DNA of 64,000 nt from Scyliorhinus canicula (taxonomy: Eukaryota), in contig NC_052146.1 in assembly GCF_902713615.1 (NCBI RefSeq), forward strand, positions 31,428,604 through 31,492,603. The letters run 5' to 3'. The position numbers and the translations under genes were made by a program. This document shows positions 49,190 to 61,666 of the stretch, piece by piece; position 1 is the first letter of the stretch; the number at the start of each line of letters is the position of its first letter. Below the pieces are notes generated by a model. That model ran no database searches. It was given only the letters and a program-made list of their open reading frames with translations, and had not been told where the DNA came from.

Positions 49190-50425
49190 CCATAAGGTAT
49201 AGGAGCAGAATTAGGCCATTTCGCCCATCAAGTTTGCTCTGCCATTCGATCTGACTGATGTGCTCCTCATCCCCATTCTCCTGCCTTCGTCTCATAACCC
49301 CTGATCCCCTTATTAATCAAAACACCCCCCTTATTAATCAAGGACACCTTTGTGCTTGAAGTGCTGTTACCTTACAGGGTTCCAGAGCAAGAGCTGGAAG
49401 GTGGAAATAGACAAAATATGTTCTTTCTTAGAACATCAGAACTAGAAGCAGGAGAAGGCAATTTAACCTCTCGAGCCTGTGCCACCATTCAATACGATCC
49501 TGCCGGTTCTCCATAACACTTCAACCCATTACCAATTAAAAATCTGTCTAACTCCTCCTTAAATTTACTCACTGTTCCAGCATCCATCGCACTCTGGGGT
49601 AGTGAATTCCACAGATTCACGATCCTTTGGGAGAAGTTGTTTCTCCTCATCTCTGTTTTAAATTTGCTACCTCTTATCTATGACCTTTCATTCTAGAATG
49701 CCCCACAAGAGGAAGCATCTGCTGCACGTCTACTTTATCTATGCATTTTATTATCTCATATACCTCAATTTGATAGCCCCTCATTCTTTTAAACTCTCGC
49801 GAGTATAGGCCTAAACTGCTCAATCTCTCTTCATACGAGCAACATCTGGAATCAATCTAGTGAGCCTCCAATGACACTGCATCTTTCCTCAAATAAGGGG
49901 ACCAAAACTGTGCACAATACTCCAGGCGTGGTCTTACCAATGCCTTGTCCAGTTGCAACAACACTTCCTTACCTTTATGCTCTATTCCGTTAGCTATGAA
50001 TGCCAACATTTCATTCGCTTTTTTTATTGCCTGTCATTCCAACACACATAGGTGCACAGAAGATAGAAGCAGGAGGAGGCCTTTTGGCCCTTCGAGCCTG
50101 CTCCACCATTCATCACGATCATGGCTGATCATCCAACTCAATACCCTAATCCTGCTTCCTCCCCATAACCTTTGATCCCATTCTCCCCAAGTGCTATATC
50201 TAGCTGTCTATTGAATATATTCACGATACATGCTCGTTTTCTGTGACTTATGCACAAGGACACCCAGATCCCTCTGCATCGGAGCACCCCAAAGTTTCTC
50301 CCCATTTAGATAATAAGTTGCCTTCCCATTTTTCCGACCAAAATGCATGACCTCACACTTATCCACGGTAAACTCCATCTGACACATTTTGGCCCACTCT
50401 CCTAACCTATCTATATCCATTTTTA
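49190..50425 (-). mobile_element. Cluster of CR1 3'-end and RT fragments
   Basis: Three reverse-oriented CR1 3'UTR starts (about 49190, 49430, 50047); DIDRLGEWA..DKCEVMHFG (50208-50420). Confidence 0.8.
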
Positions 50426-51055
50426 TGCCGAGTAATTAAAGCTCTAAATTGGCTTCTGAATTCGGGAGGCAAAAACTTAAAGAGCCATTAGAGAGACAGA
50501 TAATGAGACAGGAAATCTCAGACTTTTATTTTGGATATAGGAGCTGAGGCTGACTAAACAACTTTTCTTATCTCGATCAAATGTGCAATCCTGTGTAATT
50601 CTGGCACGTAATGCACAGGATAAGAAGTCAGGTGTCTGATATCTTGGTGCAGCCCTGAAATATCTATATGAATTCCAGAGAGCCAATTCAAACCTGTCCA
50701 ACCTAATGATGGTAACTGAGTTATATTGCAAGTTCCCAAACCCTTCTCTGGATGAATACGTTTCTCATGAATTCCCTTTTGGGTTTATTCAAGGTAGTCT
50801 TATTTATGGCCCTGAGTTCTGGTCTCCCTCGTAAATGGAACCACCACCAAACCACACAACACCACCCTCCCTCCTATCTCCCCATCGCCTCCCCCCCCCC
50901 CCCCCCCCCCTCCCCCCACAGCTATCTGGGTGCCTTTTATATATGGCACTCAGATATGATAGCAGGGCATGGAACATCCCTACTGTCCCACAGTGTAAAA
51001 CAATGTGAAACCCCGAGCTACATAATTAATGAGCCCACATTGCATGTGATTTCCT

Positions 51056-51279
51056 TTTTTTCCCTAAAATTTAGAGTACCCAATTCATTTTTTCCAATTA
51101 AGGGGCAATTTTGCGTAGCCAATCCACCTACCCTGCACATCTTTTGGATTGTGGGGGGGCAAAACCCACGCAAACACAGGGAGAATGTGCGAACTCCACA
51201 CGGATAGTGACCCAGAGCCGGGATCGAACCTGGGACCTCGGCGCCAGTGTGTGTAACCCACTGTGCCACCGTGCTGCCC
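51056..51279 (-). mobile_element. Short poly(A)-tail V-SINE-type SINE
   Basis: 12-bp TSD ATGTGATTTCCT (51044-51055, 51283-51294). Confidence 0.9.
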
Positions 51280-51379
51280 TCAATGTGATTTCCTGCTGGA
51301 GTCTGCAGTGTAAAACTCTCGCTTCCAACTCCAGCTACAGGGCTTAGGACCGAAGTGGAAAATCACGGCCTCCCTGTCC

Positions 51380-51862
51380 ACTATAACAAACCCTTTCATA
51401 AATTTACAGACCTCAGTAAGAGAACTGCTTTGTCTTCTCTTTTCCAGTGAAAAAGGCTCCAGCCTGTTCAACCTTACCTGATAGTCCTAAACTCTTCGTT
51501 CTGATGTCAGAGTAAATGTTTTTTGCTCTTTGCCCAGTGCCTCTATATCTTCTTTTATAGTCTGGGGACGAGAGGTGTTCACAGTACTTCACATGCAGGG
51601 TGAACAAATTTCTGCATAACTTCAAATTAACCCCTTTGATTTTCAATTCTATCCCTTTAGAAATTAACCTGAGTGCTTTGTTTGCTTTTTTAATGGTGTT
51701 TTTAACTTGTGTGTCACTTTTACCAATTTATGAATCAGTAACACGAGATCACTGTGTTCCTCTATCCACTTATCATCCAGAAGTATGGGGCTCCCTTCCT
51801 TCATTTCAAAATCTAACACTTCACATTTTTCAATATTGAAGTTCATTTGCTTATTGTATGTC
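51380..51862 (-). mobile_element. Old CR1 RT fragment, resuming at about 58857-58960 after the Gypsy insertion
   Basis: RLEPFSLEKRR, MNFNIEKCEVL motifs. Confidence 0.65.
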
Positions 51863-54800
51863 TGTAGTAGTCACCCTCTCAGACCGGAAGGGTCATGTGA
51901 CACAATTGGCCAATGGGAACCGTGTGCAGGGATCTCGGTGCAGAACACAGGCTTTTCAGCCAGATGTGATCCTAGTTTTGGGAACGAAGACATCAATTAT
52001 TGTGCTCTGTATATGGATTGCTCACTAATAAACCCTTCATTGTTCGTTAGCCAACTGCTGGTCTCCAATCATTGCATTTACTACATTGGCGATGAGAAAA
52101 AACAACAGCGACTCAGAATGCACCAGAAAAAAATAACTTTGAAGGCAAACTTGACTATAAAAGTCAAGTTCAAAGGAGTCTAGCCTGAAAAAGTAGCCAT
52201 GCCTCTTTTCAGGAAATTAAAACCTTTCAACACTGCTATAGAAAATTGAGTACAGCATGTGGAGTATTTGCAATATTTTTTCTATGCTAATGAAGCAAAG
52301 TTATTTTGCTGACTGCATGTGGAACCCAGGCATATAACTTTAACCGGAGTTTAATGTCCCCGGATGCTCCCGACACGAAGACATTTGCAGGGCTCATCGA
52401 GATAGCAAAGAGGTATTACCACCCTAAGCCCTCAATAATATTACAAAGGTACAAATTTAACTCCATGGGGAGAAGCCCAGAGGAGATCATTGCAGCCTTT
52501 GTCACAAGATTAAGACAAATAGCAGAGCATTGCGATTTTGAGCCAGCATTGAATGACATGTTAAGGGACTGATTGGCATGCGGTGTAACCCATGCAGCTA
52601 TACAAACAAAATTGTTAGCCGAATCAGAGTTAAATTTTAAGAAGGCACTGGAAATGATGCCAGTAATAGAGAGTACTGAGAAGGATACCCTGGAATTGCA
52701 AAGTGCACAAAGCGATGAGGTCCACCAGTTAGGGCAGAACGTTGGGATCAGCCGTGACAGCAGGAAGGCACTGCTTTAAGTAGAGAAAATAACACAGAAA
52801 CCAGAGGAGCCACAAGGTATGGAAGATCTAAACAACAGCCGAGGAATAATACCTTCTTAGGTGGGTTGAAATGTACCAAAAAACATGAAGCCAGAAGTGC
52901 ACTTCTGTCTTAACTTCTTCCTGTGTTCTCCAACACCATCCCTGGCACTGCTATTGGTGCATGGGAATTCGCTCCCAGTAACATGTAGATTTAGAGAAGC
53001 AGAGTGCTTTGCATGTGGAAGAAAAGGACATTTGAGGCACAGGTGTAAAAACAAGCAGAGCCTTCCCAATACCAGCAGAGTAAATAATCCAGCCCCAGTG
53101 CATAGCATGGAGAATTGTCCAACTGGTGAGTGGAACGTTTTGTTCATGAATAATGTGAGAGCAAGCAAGGTAGCCCCCATCACAGTGGTGATGTTGGTGA
53201 GTGGCAAGCCACTTTAGATGGAAGTAGATAAGGGGGCATCAGCTACTATGATGAGCGAACACACCTACCAATATCTCCAAGAAGCGGTTCAACCTCTGGG
53301 GTTGGAGAGTACTGCAGCTAGGCTGGCTACATAGACTGGAAAAGCCATAAAAGTAGTTGCGGTGACCATGAATCTAGTGAGGTATAGACAGAAGACTGCT
53401 GAGAGTGTTGTTGGGTCAAGGACCGAGTTTAATGGGCATGACTGAATCCAAGAGATCAAGTTGAATTGGCAGGAAAATTTTAAATTCAAGGAGGGGCCCT
53501 TCATGAAGTCATAAATAAAACAAAAAAATCCAGGAGGAATTGGGAAAGATCAAAGGATTGCAAACAAAAATCCATGGCGATCTGGAGGTCGCTTCAAGAT
53601 TTTTTAGAACAAGATCCATGGCCTGCACATTAGTAGAGAAGGTAGAAACTGAGTTAAAATGACTGGAATATTTGGGCATCAGTTGGCCCATACATTTTGC
53701 GGAGTGGGCAGCACCCATCGTGCCAGTAGTCAAACTAAACAAGGCCATCCGCATCTGTGGAAATTACAAACTGATGGTAACTCAGGTCGTATAACTAGAT
53801 AGGTACCCCACCCCCAAAATAGAGGATCTTTACACCAAATTGGCTGGGGTTTGAAATACCAAGTTGTACATGAGCCACTCTACCCAACAGTTAGAACTGG
53901 TCATGTATCAAGAGGATATGTCACCATCTGTCACACAAGGATTTATACCAATACACACATCTACCGTTGGGAGTTTCATCGGCTTGTGCCATCTTCCAGC
54001 AGACTGTGAAAAGTTTGCTGTAGGGTTTGCCCAGGGTTGTTGTTTATTTGGATGACATTTGGATCCACTAAAGAGGTACATCTGGCCAATTTAGATGAGG
54101 TTTTGAAGAGATTTCAAGAGGCGGGGGTATGGTAAAAAGAGAGGAGTGCACCTTCCAAGCAAACAAGGTGGTTTATCTTGGTTACCGGTGGATGCTCAGG
54201 GGTTACACCCTGTAGATGACAAAGGGAAAGCAATTAAAGAGGCACAGGCTCCTAAGAATACCTCAGAACTCATATCCTTTCTGGGAATGGTCAACTCCGA
54301 TGGGCGATTCCACCCAAATCTATCGACATTGCATGTGCTGTTAAAGAAGTGCCAGGTATGGTCTCAGAGAACACCACGGGAAGAGGTTTTGAACCAAGTT
54401 AAGCGTGCACTTCTGTCTTCATGCTTTTTGGTACATTTTGACCCCTCTAAGAAGGTAGCTCTTAAATGTGATGCATCACGATATGGGGTGGGAGCTGTGT
54501 TGCCCCAAACAATGGAGGATGGATCCAAGAGACCCATTGGGAATGTATCAAGAATCCTAACAGACGCAGAAAGAGGATACTCCCAAATCAAAAAAGAAGG
54601 CCTGTCTATTATCAGTGGCATCAAGAAGTTTTATTTTTACATATAAAGAAGGCATTTCACTGTCATCAAAGAAGATTAGCCACTTTTTGAACTTTTCTAA
54701 AAAGGCAGAATGATTCCACCAATTGCTCCTGCTAGTATACAGTGTTGCATGCTTATTGGCCGATGAATATACCTTTGAACATCAGCCCAAGGGCTTACAT

Positions 54801-54960
54801 AGCAAATGCAGATACCTTATGTAGACTTCCATTACCTGAAAGCACTCTATCCCCTTCAGTTCTGCAAGAGACCTTAACGTTTTTGAACTCCTCACCTGTA
54901 ACAGCGCACCAAATTAAGTACTGGATACTAGACTAATAGAGGCCCATTGTTAAACATCTT

Positions 54961-55553
54961 GGGGGGGGGGGGGATTCTCCGACCCCCCACCGTGTTAGAG
55001 AATCCCAGGTGGGCGACGCGAATCCCGCCCCGCCGCACCTACGTCGGCTGCCGTATTCTCCGGCGCCGGTTTTCGGGCAGGGGGCGGGGATCATGCAACG
55101 CTGGTTGGGGGCCGTTGGCAGCGCCCCCCCCCGGCAATTCTCAGGGCCCCAATGGGACCTGGCAGGTAAGTTGGCTGGTGCAGTCCTCGGTGGGGCGCGG
55201 GGGGATCCGGCCACGGTGGCCTGGCCGCCGATCAGGGCCCACCAATCTGCGGGCAGACCTGTGCCATGGGGGCACTCCTTCATTCCACGCTGGCCCCTGT
55301 AGGGATCCGCCAGAGCCGGTGTGGAGAGGACAACCCCCTGCACATGCGCCTGAATCGCCGGCCGGTCTGCGCATGCGCGGAACCATGGCGGCGGTTCTGC
55401 GCAAGATCACGCCAGCCCTTCAGCGCATGCGCTAACTCGCGCAGTCCCATGCCACCAACCCATCTGCCGTCCACCTAACCCCTGGAAGTGCAGAGAAATC
55501 CACACTTTCGGGGCCTGTTGACGCCGGAGTGGTTCGTGCAGGTTTTCCCGCCT
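54961..55553. mobile_element. PIF/Harbinger-like MITE with a damaged right TIR
   Basis: Left end (G)nGATTCTCC; interrupts Gypsy KHL/ILHGW with a CTG-like duplication. Confidence 0.75.
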
Positions 55554-56111
55554 CTGATACTGCATGGATGGCAGAATGAGAAAGCTTCAGAGCAAATGAA
55601 GCCTTATCAGCTCAAACTTTGTTGTGAGAATGGTATCATCTTTGGGGAACTAGATTGTTTGTCCCCCATACCAGGAAGAAAATCGTTACTTGAAGAATTA
55701 ACGATTCAGGCGTTTCCAGGATGAAAGTGTCAACAAGATGCTACATGCGGTGGTTAAGCATCGATGCAGATATAGAAAGCGTTGTGACCTTTGGCAGTTA
55801 TACCAGAAGTTGCCAACCGCAGTTCCCTTGCACCCCTGAGAATGACCTGGTTAACCTTGGGTAAGAGTTCATGTGGATTATGGTGGAACATTCATGCTCC
55901 TTTTGCTGGTGGAGGCATATTCAAAATGGATGTATTTGAAATGAGGTCAACAATTTATTTGCCACAGTTGAGAAACTGCACCAATGTTTTTCCACCCACA
56001 AATGAAGTGCTGCTCTTGGTCAATGGAACAGCAGTTCATGATCTTGAATGGAATAAAACATATTTGGGCCGCACAATATCACCCTTCATCAAATGGGTTG
56101 GCCGATTGCTC

Positions 56112-57103
56112 TGTTATCTGAAAATATTAGGCACATTGACCAGTTTATCTTAAAACTTGTTTATCCAGGTGCGCTTGCTCATGAGACGAGCAAAGGACAA
56201 GATGGATTTGTAGTTCAACTCGATTTTGTTGCTGAATCTTATGATCCAAACACTATTCACAAAACAACCCTGAATCCTTAAACAAACTTATCAATACTGT
56301 ATTGTCTATCTGAGACTCAGATTCCACCTGTGCAGGTGAGCTTGGTCAGGCTACTCCACCAGGTATGACGCTTCGCTGAGCTCTGCCGATGACCTTGCTT
56401 CTGAACTCAGGGCCTTCTTCGCGGAGGTTGGTCTCGCTCGTCATCTCCTGTCATTGCCGTGTCTTCTCTTTGCTGGAGTGGAGTCTTCAGTCAGGCTGGG
56501 GTCTTGACTCGGGATGGAGTCTTCACTCGGGTGGAATTTTTGCTGAAGCTGGTTTCCAGCTGTCTCTACTTATACCTTCTCCCTTCTCTCTTTCATGCCC
56601 TTCTGGAACGTTCTCTGGCTTCCAANNNNNNNNNNNNNNNNNNNNNNNNNNNNNNNNNNNNNNNNNNNNNNNNNNNNNNNNNNNNNNNNNNNNNNNNNNN
56701 NNNNNNNNNNNNNNNNNNNNNNNNNNNNNNNNNNNNNNNNNNNNNNNNNNNNNNNNNNNNATTGTCGATTACATATGTGGAAGATGCCAACAGCCCTCTG
56801 TGGGGTTCATTCTCAGGATCTCAGGTGTACAGGATGCACAAAGTATGGTGTTCAAGCACTGTTGAGTCTGGCCGATACTAGTCAATACACAAAATACCGC
56901 CTTCATTTGGTCAAGGTTGAGCACCTCCTGCCCCAACTTCCAGGACAAGTTCAGACTTGCCCTCGTTCGCCTCTGATTAGTTTATTAGGGTCTGTTCTAA
57001 TTCCCATCAGACCTGATTGTCCAATTCTGTATCTGGCCCAGTTTTTCAGGCTGGTGGCCATTTTGTCACAGTGCAGTTCAGCCATTCAAGGCTAGTCTGA
57101 ACA
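56112..57103. mobile_element. Unclassified insertion (putative solo LTR) in the Gypsy integrase
   Basis: TGTT...AACA ends; integrase similarity stops before it and resumes after it; no clear TSD; spans the assembly gap. Confidence 0.45.
56626..56760. other. Assembly gap (135 N)
   Basis: Run of N. Confidence 1.
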
Positions 57104-57557
57104 AGCAATGCTCTGCGTCACTAGGAACCAATATAGCACAGTTCCTGTTAGCCTACAGAACCAACTGGCATTGCTCCAGCTGAGTTGCTGATGGATCGTC
57201 GCCTGAGAGCCAGGTTGAGTCTGATCACTCCACGTTTGGCAAGGAGGGATGGAGACAAGGCAGAGTTGTTAGAAAATGAACCATGATTTGGCACACGTGG
57301 ATAGAGCATTTGAAATAGACAATTTAGTTTTTGGGAAGAATTTTGGGAGTGGACCAAGTTGGGTCCTGGAACTACAGTGGCCATGATAGGGTCACTATGC
57401 TATGAAGTAAAAGTGCAGGACAAGTTTTTAAAGAAACACATAGATACGTTGCAGAGATGAATGCTTTCCCAGAGGTCAATGCTACTACCTGATTCAATTG
57501 TGCCAGCAAACAATGTTATTATTTGTCCGAGTGAAGTGGAATATCAGCCAGTCGTAG

Positions 57558-58158
57558 TGTCATGGGCCAAGGTTTAGAGAACCCCAAAGTACATCATGGA
57601 GTTCACCTGTCCCACAACTTTTAATAGATTGCGGTATGGGGAGCACAAGGCCCACTCTACAGGTTGTGGTACAGCAGAAATGGAAAAGTAATTTTCAAAG
57701 CAAAACAATGTTTATTCTATGAACTCAAGTTAACCTTTTTGAAACATACAGTGAACATCTTAGCAGCCATCAATTCAAATACAACCCCCAAAGAATACAA
57801 CACTAAGTAATCCATAATAACTTCCCAAACAACACCCAGAAGACAGAAGAAACACATTTCAACGGAAGCACATTAGGTTTACATTCACTACTGAGAACAT
57901 TTATAATTCTGAATTCACCAAATGATCAAGAGATAGTCTTTTGATGACAGAGAAAACAGCAGTACACCTACTTGGTCTGGCTTCAGCTCCAACACTGAAA
58001 ACAAAACTAAAATGCTCCCTGCAGCAAACAGCCTAAAATGAAAGTAAAAAGCTGACAGAGAGCCCAGCTCCACCCACACTCTGACATCACTGATAATACC
58101 CATTTCTTCAAGGTACATTTCTTAAACACCTATTTCTTAAAGGTACTCTCACATGACA
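57558..58158 (-). mobile_element. Solo LTR (601 bp)
   Basis: TGTCATG...CATGACA termini, perfect 4-bp TSD GTAG, minus-strand AATAAA near 57712. Confidence 0.88.
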
Positions 58159-58294
58159 GTAGGCCAAATTATTGCTCCCAGTGGAACTGAGGAAACAATT
58201 GAAAGTGATGTCCAGCTACCAACAGAGAGTTCCAGAGAAGCGAATCCAACCAAAGATACCTCTACAGTGGAAACCTAGCCAGTTTCACTCCTAG

Positions 58295-58385
58295 AGAAAG
58301 AGAAAATGCAGGAAAATCTCAGAAGGTCTGGCAGCATCTGTAAGGAGAGAAAAGAGCTAATGTTTCGATGACCCTTTGTCAAATC
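58295..58385 (-). mobile_element. Penelope-like 3'-end fragment with a decayed hammerhead-like motif
   Basis: Minus strand TTGACAAAGGGTCATCGAAACATTAGCTCTTTTCTCTCCTTACAGATGCTGCC. Confidence 0.5.
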
Positions 58386-58444
58386 TCAAAGTCCTCTGAC
58401 AGACTGAGTTTCTGATGAACTGTGTTACAAATTGTTCAATATAG

Positions 58445-58645
58445 AGCAGCACGGTGGTGCAGAGGTTAGCATTCTTCCTCACGGCGCTGAGGTCCCAGGT
58501 TCGATCCCGGCTCTGGGTCATTGTCCGTGTGGAGTTTGCACATTCTCCCCGTATTTGCTTGGGTTTCGCGCCCCACAACACAAAAGATGTGCAAGGTAGG
58601 TGGATTGGCCACACTAAATTGCCCCTTAATTAGAAAAAATGAACT
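58445..58645 (+). mobile_element. Short V-SINE-type SINE of the poly(A)-tail family
   Basis: Head, core and AAATTGCCCCTTAATT tail. Confidence 0.85.
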
Positions 58646-58983
58646 GGCGGACATTGGAAGGATCATATGACCCCTTCAGTCAATGGGGAACGAGGGCAGG
58701 GATCCCGGTGCAGAGCGCAGGCTTTTGCAGCCAGTTGTGATCCAAGTGCGGAGGATGAAGACATTGATTACTGTGTTCTGTATATAGTTCGCTTGTTAAG
58801 AAATCCTTTATTATTCTTTCGCCAACTGGTGGTCCTAATTGTTGCATTTACTAAAAATGCCCATTCTGCAACTATTAATGTCCTCCTATACTTTGTTGCC
58901 GTCCTCCTCTGTTTTAACTATGGTACACCAATTGGTGTCATCCAGAAGTTTTCTGATTGTTTTCTGATTCCCAAGTACAAATT

Positions 58984-59160
58984 GAAATGAAAAATGAAAA
59001 TGAAAATCGCTTATTGTCACGAGTAAGCTTCAAATGAAGTTACTGTGAAAAGCCCCTAGTCGCCACATTCCAGGAGGCTGGTACGGGAATTGAACTGTGC
59101 TGCTGGCCTGCCTTGGTCTGCTTTAAAAGCCAGCGATTTAGCCCAGTGTGCTAAACCAGC
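58984..59160 (-). mobile_element. tRNA SINE with Rex1-like tail, same family as 19372-19549
   Basis: Near full-length reverse match. Confidence 0.85.
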
Positions 59161-59278
59161 AAATTGTTGATATAAATGGTTGTGGAACACCATTTCCCAC
59201 CTTTTACCAGAGTTAACAAGTGCATATATTTCAAAGTTCTGTACTATATTCATCTTGCTGCTTAACAATTCTTCCAAT

Positions 59279-59473
59279 ATCGCTTCTCAGCCTTTTGGCT
59301 AAGATCAAGTGTAGTAGCCTTTTGGCTCAGATCTGGTATGTCTCTCTTGTGGGGACCATGAATTGGATTCAATTTGAATTGGTTTTTGGGGCAGGCAAGA
59401 AGCTGGATTAGGGGTTTGCCCCTGACCCGCACTCTGAGCCCTGGCTTTGTAACTCAGAAAAAGTAACAAAAAA
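59279..59473 (+). pseudogene. RNU2: Retroposed U2 snRNA-derived element
   Basis: U2 nt 1-38 with one mismatch (ATCGCTTCTCAGCCTTTTGGCTAAGATCAAGTGTAGTA), then a rearranged and diverged U2-like body, an A-rich tail and a 15-bp TSD AACAAT(T/C)CTTCCAAT (59264-59278, 59474-59488). Confidence 0.88.
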
Positions 59474-60616
59474 AACAATCCTTCCAATAACATTTAAGTT
59501 GAGCATATGTCCTTCGCAAACAATGAATTGCTTTTCTTGTGCAGAGTACTGTTAAAGGTCTGATCCCAGACAAAGCAGTGAGGTGAATGAACCTCGTAGC
59601 TTCAAGAAAGGAGATTTTAATGTTGCAGCCCTCCCTCTCTGGAGCAACATTTCTGGGGCAAGTGGAAGCTGCAACCTTCTGCTCAAGAGGCAAATCTATG
59701 ACCAACTGAGCCAAACTGACCCATTGGTATAGTTTGTCTAGAATCTGCACTAGATATCCTGACTCATGCGGGTTGTATGAATCTAAAATGCACCAGGATG
59801 CTTCAGAAAGGGAGCAATTGCTGAAGTATCAGAATATTGATGCTCTGCTTAACGAGGTTGGAAGTGCATATTCTCCTGGTTACAGTTTGATTCCATTAAC
59901 ATGCAGTGCAGTAATATTGAGCTGTTGTGCAATCGAGGATGGAGAGATTTGACTTGTCAAATGCTCAGCAAGTTCATGTAAGAATGGTCAGCGTTTAACC
60001 CTGAGCACTCTATTTAAATTCTTTAATACTGTACCACTTAAAACACAAATTAAGCAGCCTTATGGCTTGGGAAAGTGATTTTTACAGATGGCCGGTGTCA
60101 GAATTAACCGCAGCTTTGCCTGAAATGGCCCCAGTGTGGCTAGTTAGTGAAGATGAGGAATGTCTCTTGGTGGCTCCAGTTCTGCTAATTAAATTGAATA
60201 CATGCAACTCAGGCTAGGAACTGAACAGCATTTAATTTTGTGTTTTTGTGTCCCACACACAGTCGTGCAGCCTTCTGAATCCTGTGCCATGTTAAGCCAT
60301 GCTCTCAGTACAGCCTGTAAATATAAACAAACAACCGTGGCTTGAAGGACATTCTCAATGGTGTGAGAGGTTCAGCTGACATGAGGCGCTGGGGTGGTGA
60401 AACTATCTGTTCATAGTTCAGCACATGACTCCCAGCTGTCAACTAAATTTGTTGAATTTATTTTTTGGAGGGTTTTTGACTTCCCTGTATTTTTTGCTCA
60501 TTTTTTCTGTTCCCTATTGCATCCACTCTCTGTTGTGTGAAGCCAAAAATGCACTCTGTTAATACATTCTCAGACTGCAAACTATACCACTCCCATCCAA
60601 TTGGAAACCTGCAGAA

Positions 60617-60732
60617 ATGAAATGAAAAATAAAATGAAAATCGCTTATTGTCACGAGTAGGCTTCAATTAAGTTACTGTGAAAAGCCCCTAGTCACCACA
60701 TTCCGGCGCCTGTCCGGGGAGGCTGGTACGGG
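60617..60732 (-). mobile_element. 3' half of the tRNA SINE with Rex1-like tail
   Basis: Matches 17188-17305. Confidence 0.8.
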
Positions 60733-60789
60733 AAGAGAGAAGGAACCCATAAGGAAGCAAGTGAATCTGTCAGTGGTATTTGAGAAAGG

Positions 60790-60980
60790 ACTTGAGAGCT
60801 GCCAGGAAGGAGATACTCGACAAAAAAGACTGATTTTTTTATCAGTGAGGGAATGAACAATTATACGGTAAGGCGGGAAAGTGGAGGTGAGGATTATCAT
60901 ATCAGAACAGTCACGATCTCCGATGGCAGAGCATACTTGATGGGCTGAACGGCCTACTTCTGCTCCTACATCTTATGTTA
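60790..60980 (+). mobile_element. Old CR1 3' end
   Basis: GATGGGCTGAACGGCCTACTTCTGCTCCTACATCTTATG. Confidence 0.65.
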
Positions 60981-61252
60981 AATTGTGATGACTATTCCTC
61001 CAATTTTCTTTGCCTTGTCCTGCATGACAATTCTACCTCACACACCCTGAGATTAGACAGCAGGCACAATCCCAAATCAGCTCTGCATTGATTACTGTTT
61101 CCCCAATCTGATTGGTTGTGCCAGACATGCGTGTTTATTTTTTTAGATCACAGAAGCTAATGTATTTCCTCAAAAATCCTAAGGTGGTAAAGACTATCGA
61201 GAGCTGAATAATCATGGGAAAAGCTAAACTTCAATCTTTGGAGAGCCTTCAT

Positions 61253-61666
61253 CACTCATTACGGAACATGTGTTTGGGAAGGGGAATAAACCGATTATAG
61301 CTACTTTTCCACCTTCTTCTCAAAAGGTATAAAATATGTTTCTAGTCGGTCTCTGGACATGTTTCCATCAGGAGATTAATTGGGTGGGGTATGGTCCTCA
61401 ATAGAGTAGTTAGATATATATATAGTCCACGAATGGTGCTTAATGAACAGGATGGTCCTTTCCTTATCTAAGGCTATGTGCTCACCAACATTGGCAACAA
61501 ATTCCGGAAGTTAATACGACTCCAGGACTTGGAGTTGACTACAATGGGCATAGGAAACATGTCCAGAGGCATAATGGAAACATGTTTTATGCCTTTTGAG
61601 AAGAAGGTGGAAAAGTAGCTTCAATCGATTTATTCCCCTTCCCAAACACATTTCCCGTACTGAGTG
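61253..61666. mobile_element. Palindromic MITE-like element with ~114-bp TIRs, possibly Tc1/mariner-derived
   Basis: 61253-61366 is the reverse complement of 61553-61666 (CACTCATTACGG / CCGTACTGAGTG); TA is present on the right flank only. Confidence 0.75.

Larger units (their letters stand above)
51863..58856 (+). mobile_element. Decayed full-length Ty3/Gypsy (Mag-like) LTR retrotransposon with five nested insertions
   Basis: 5' LTR TGTAGT...ACTACA (51863-52085), PBS TGGCGATGAG (tRNA-Ser(GCU)-like, 52087-52096), gag LLTACG..PKPSIILQRYKF, CFACGRKGHL..C, protease MEVDKGAS, RT WAAPIVPV, RNase H CDASRYGVGAVL, integrase YHPSSNGLA; partial 3' LTR 58650-58856; TSD ATGTC/ATGCC. Confidence 0.88.

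Noticed and set aside
59279-59457. Functional U2 snRNA gene at this locus
   Set aside because: The TSD and A-rich tail show retroposition, stem IIa is missing, the Sm site is altered, and the upstream flank is a SINE rather than a snRNA promoter.
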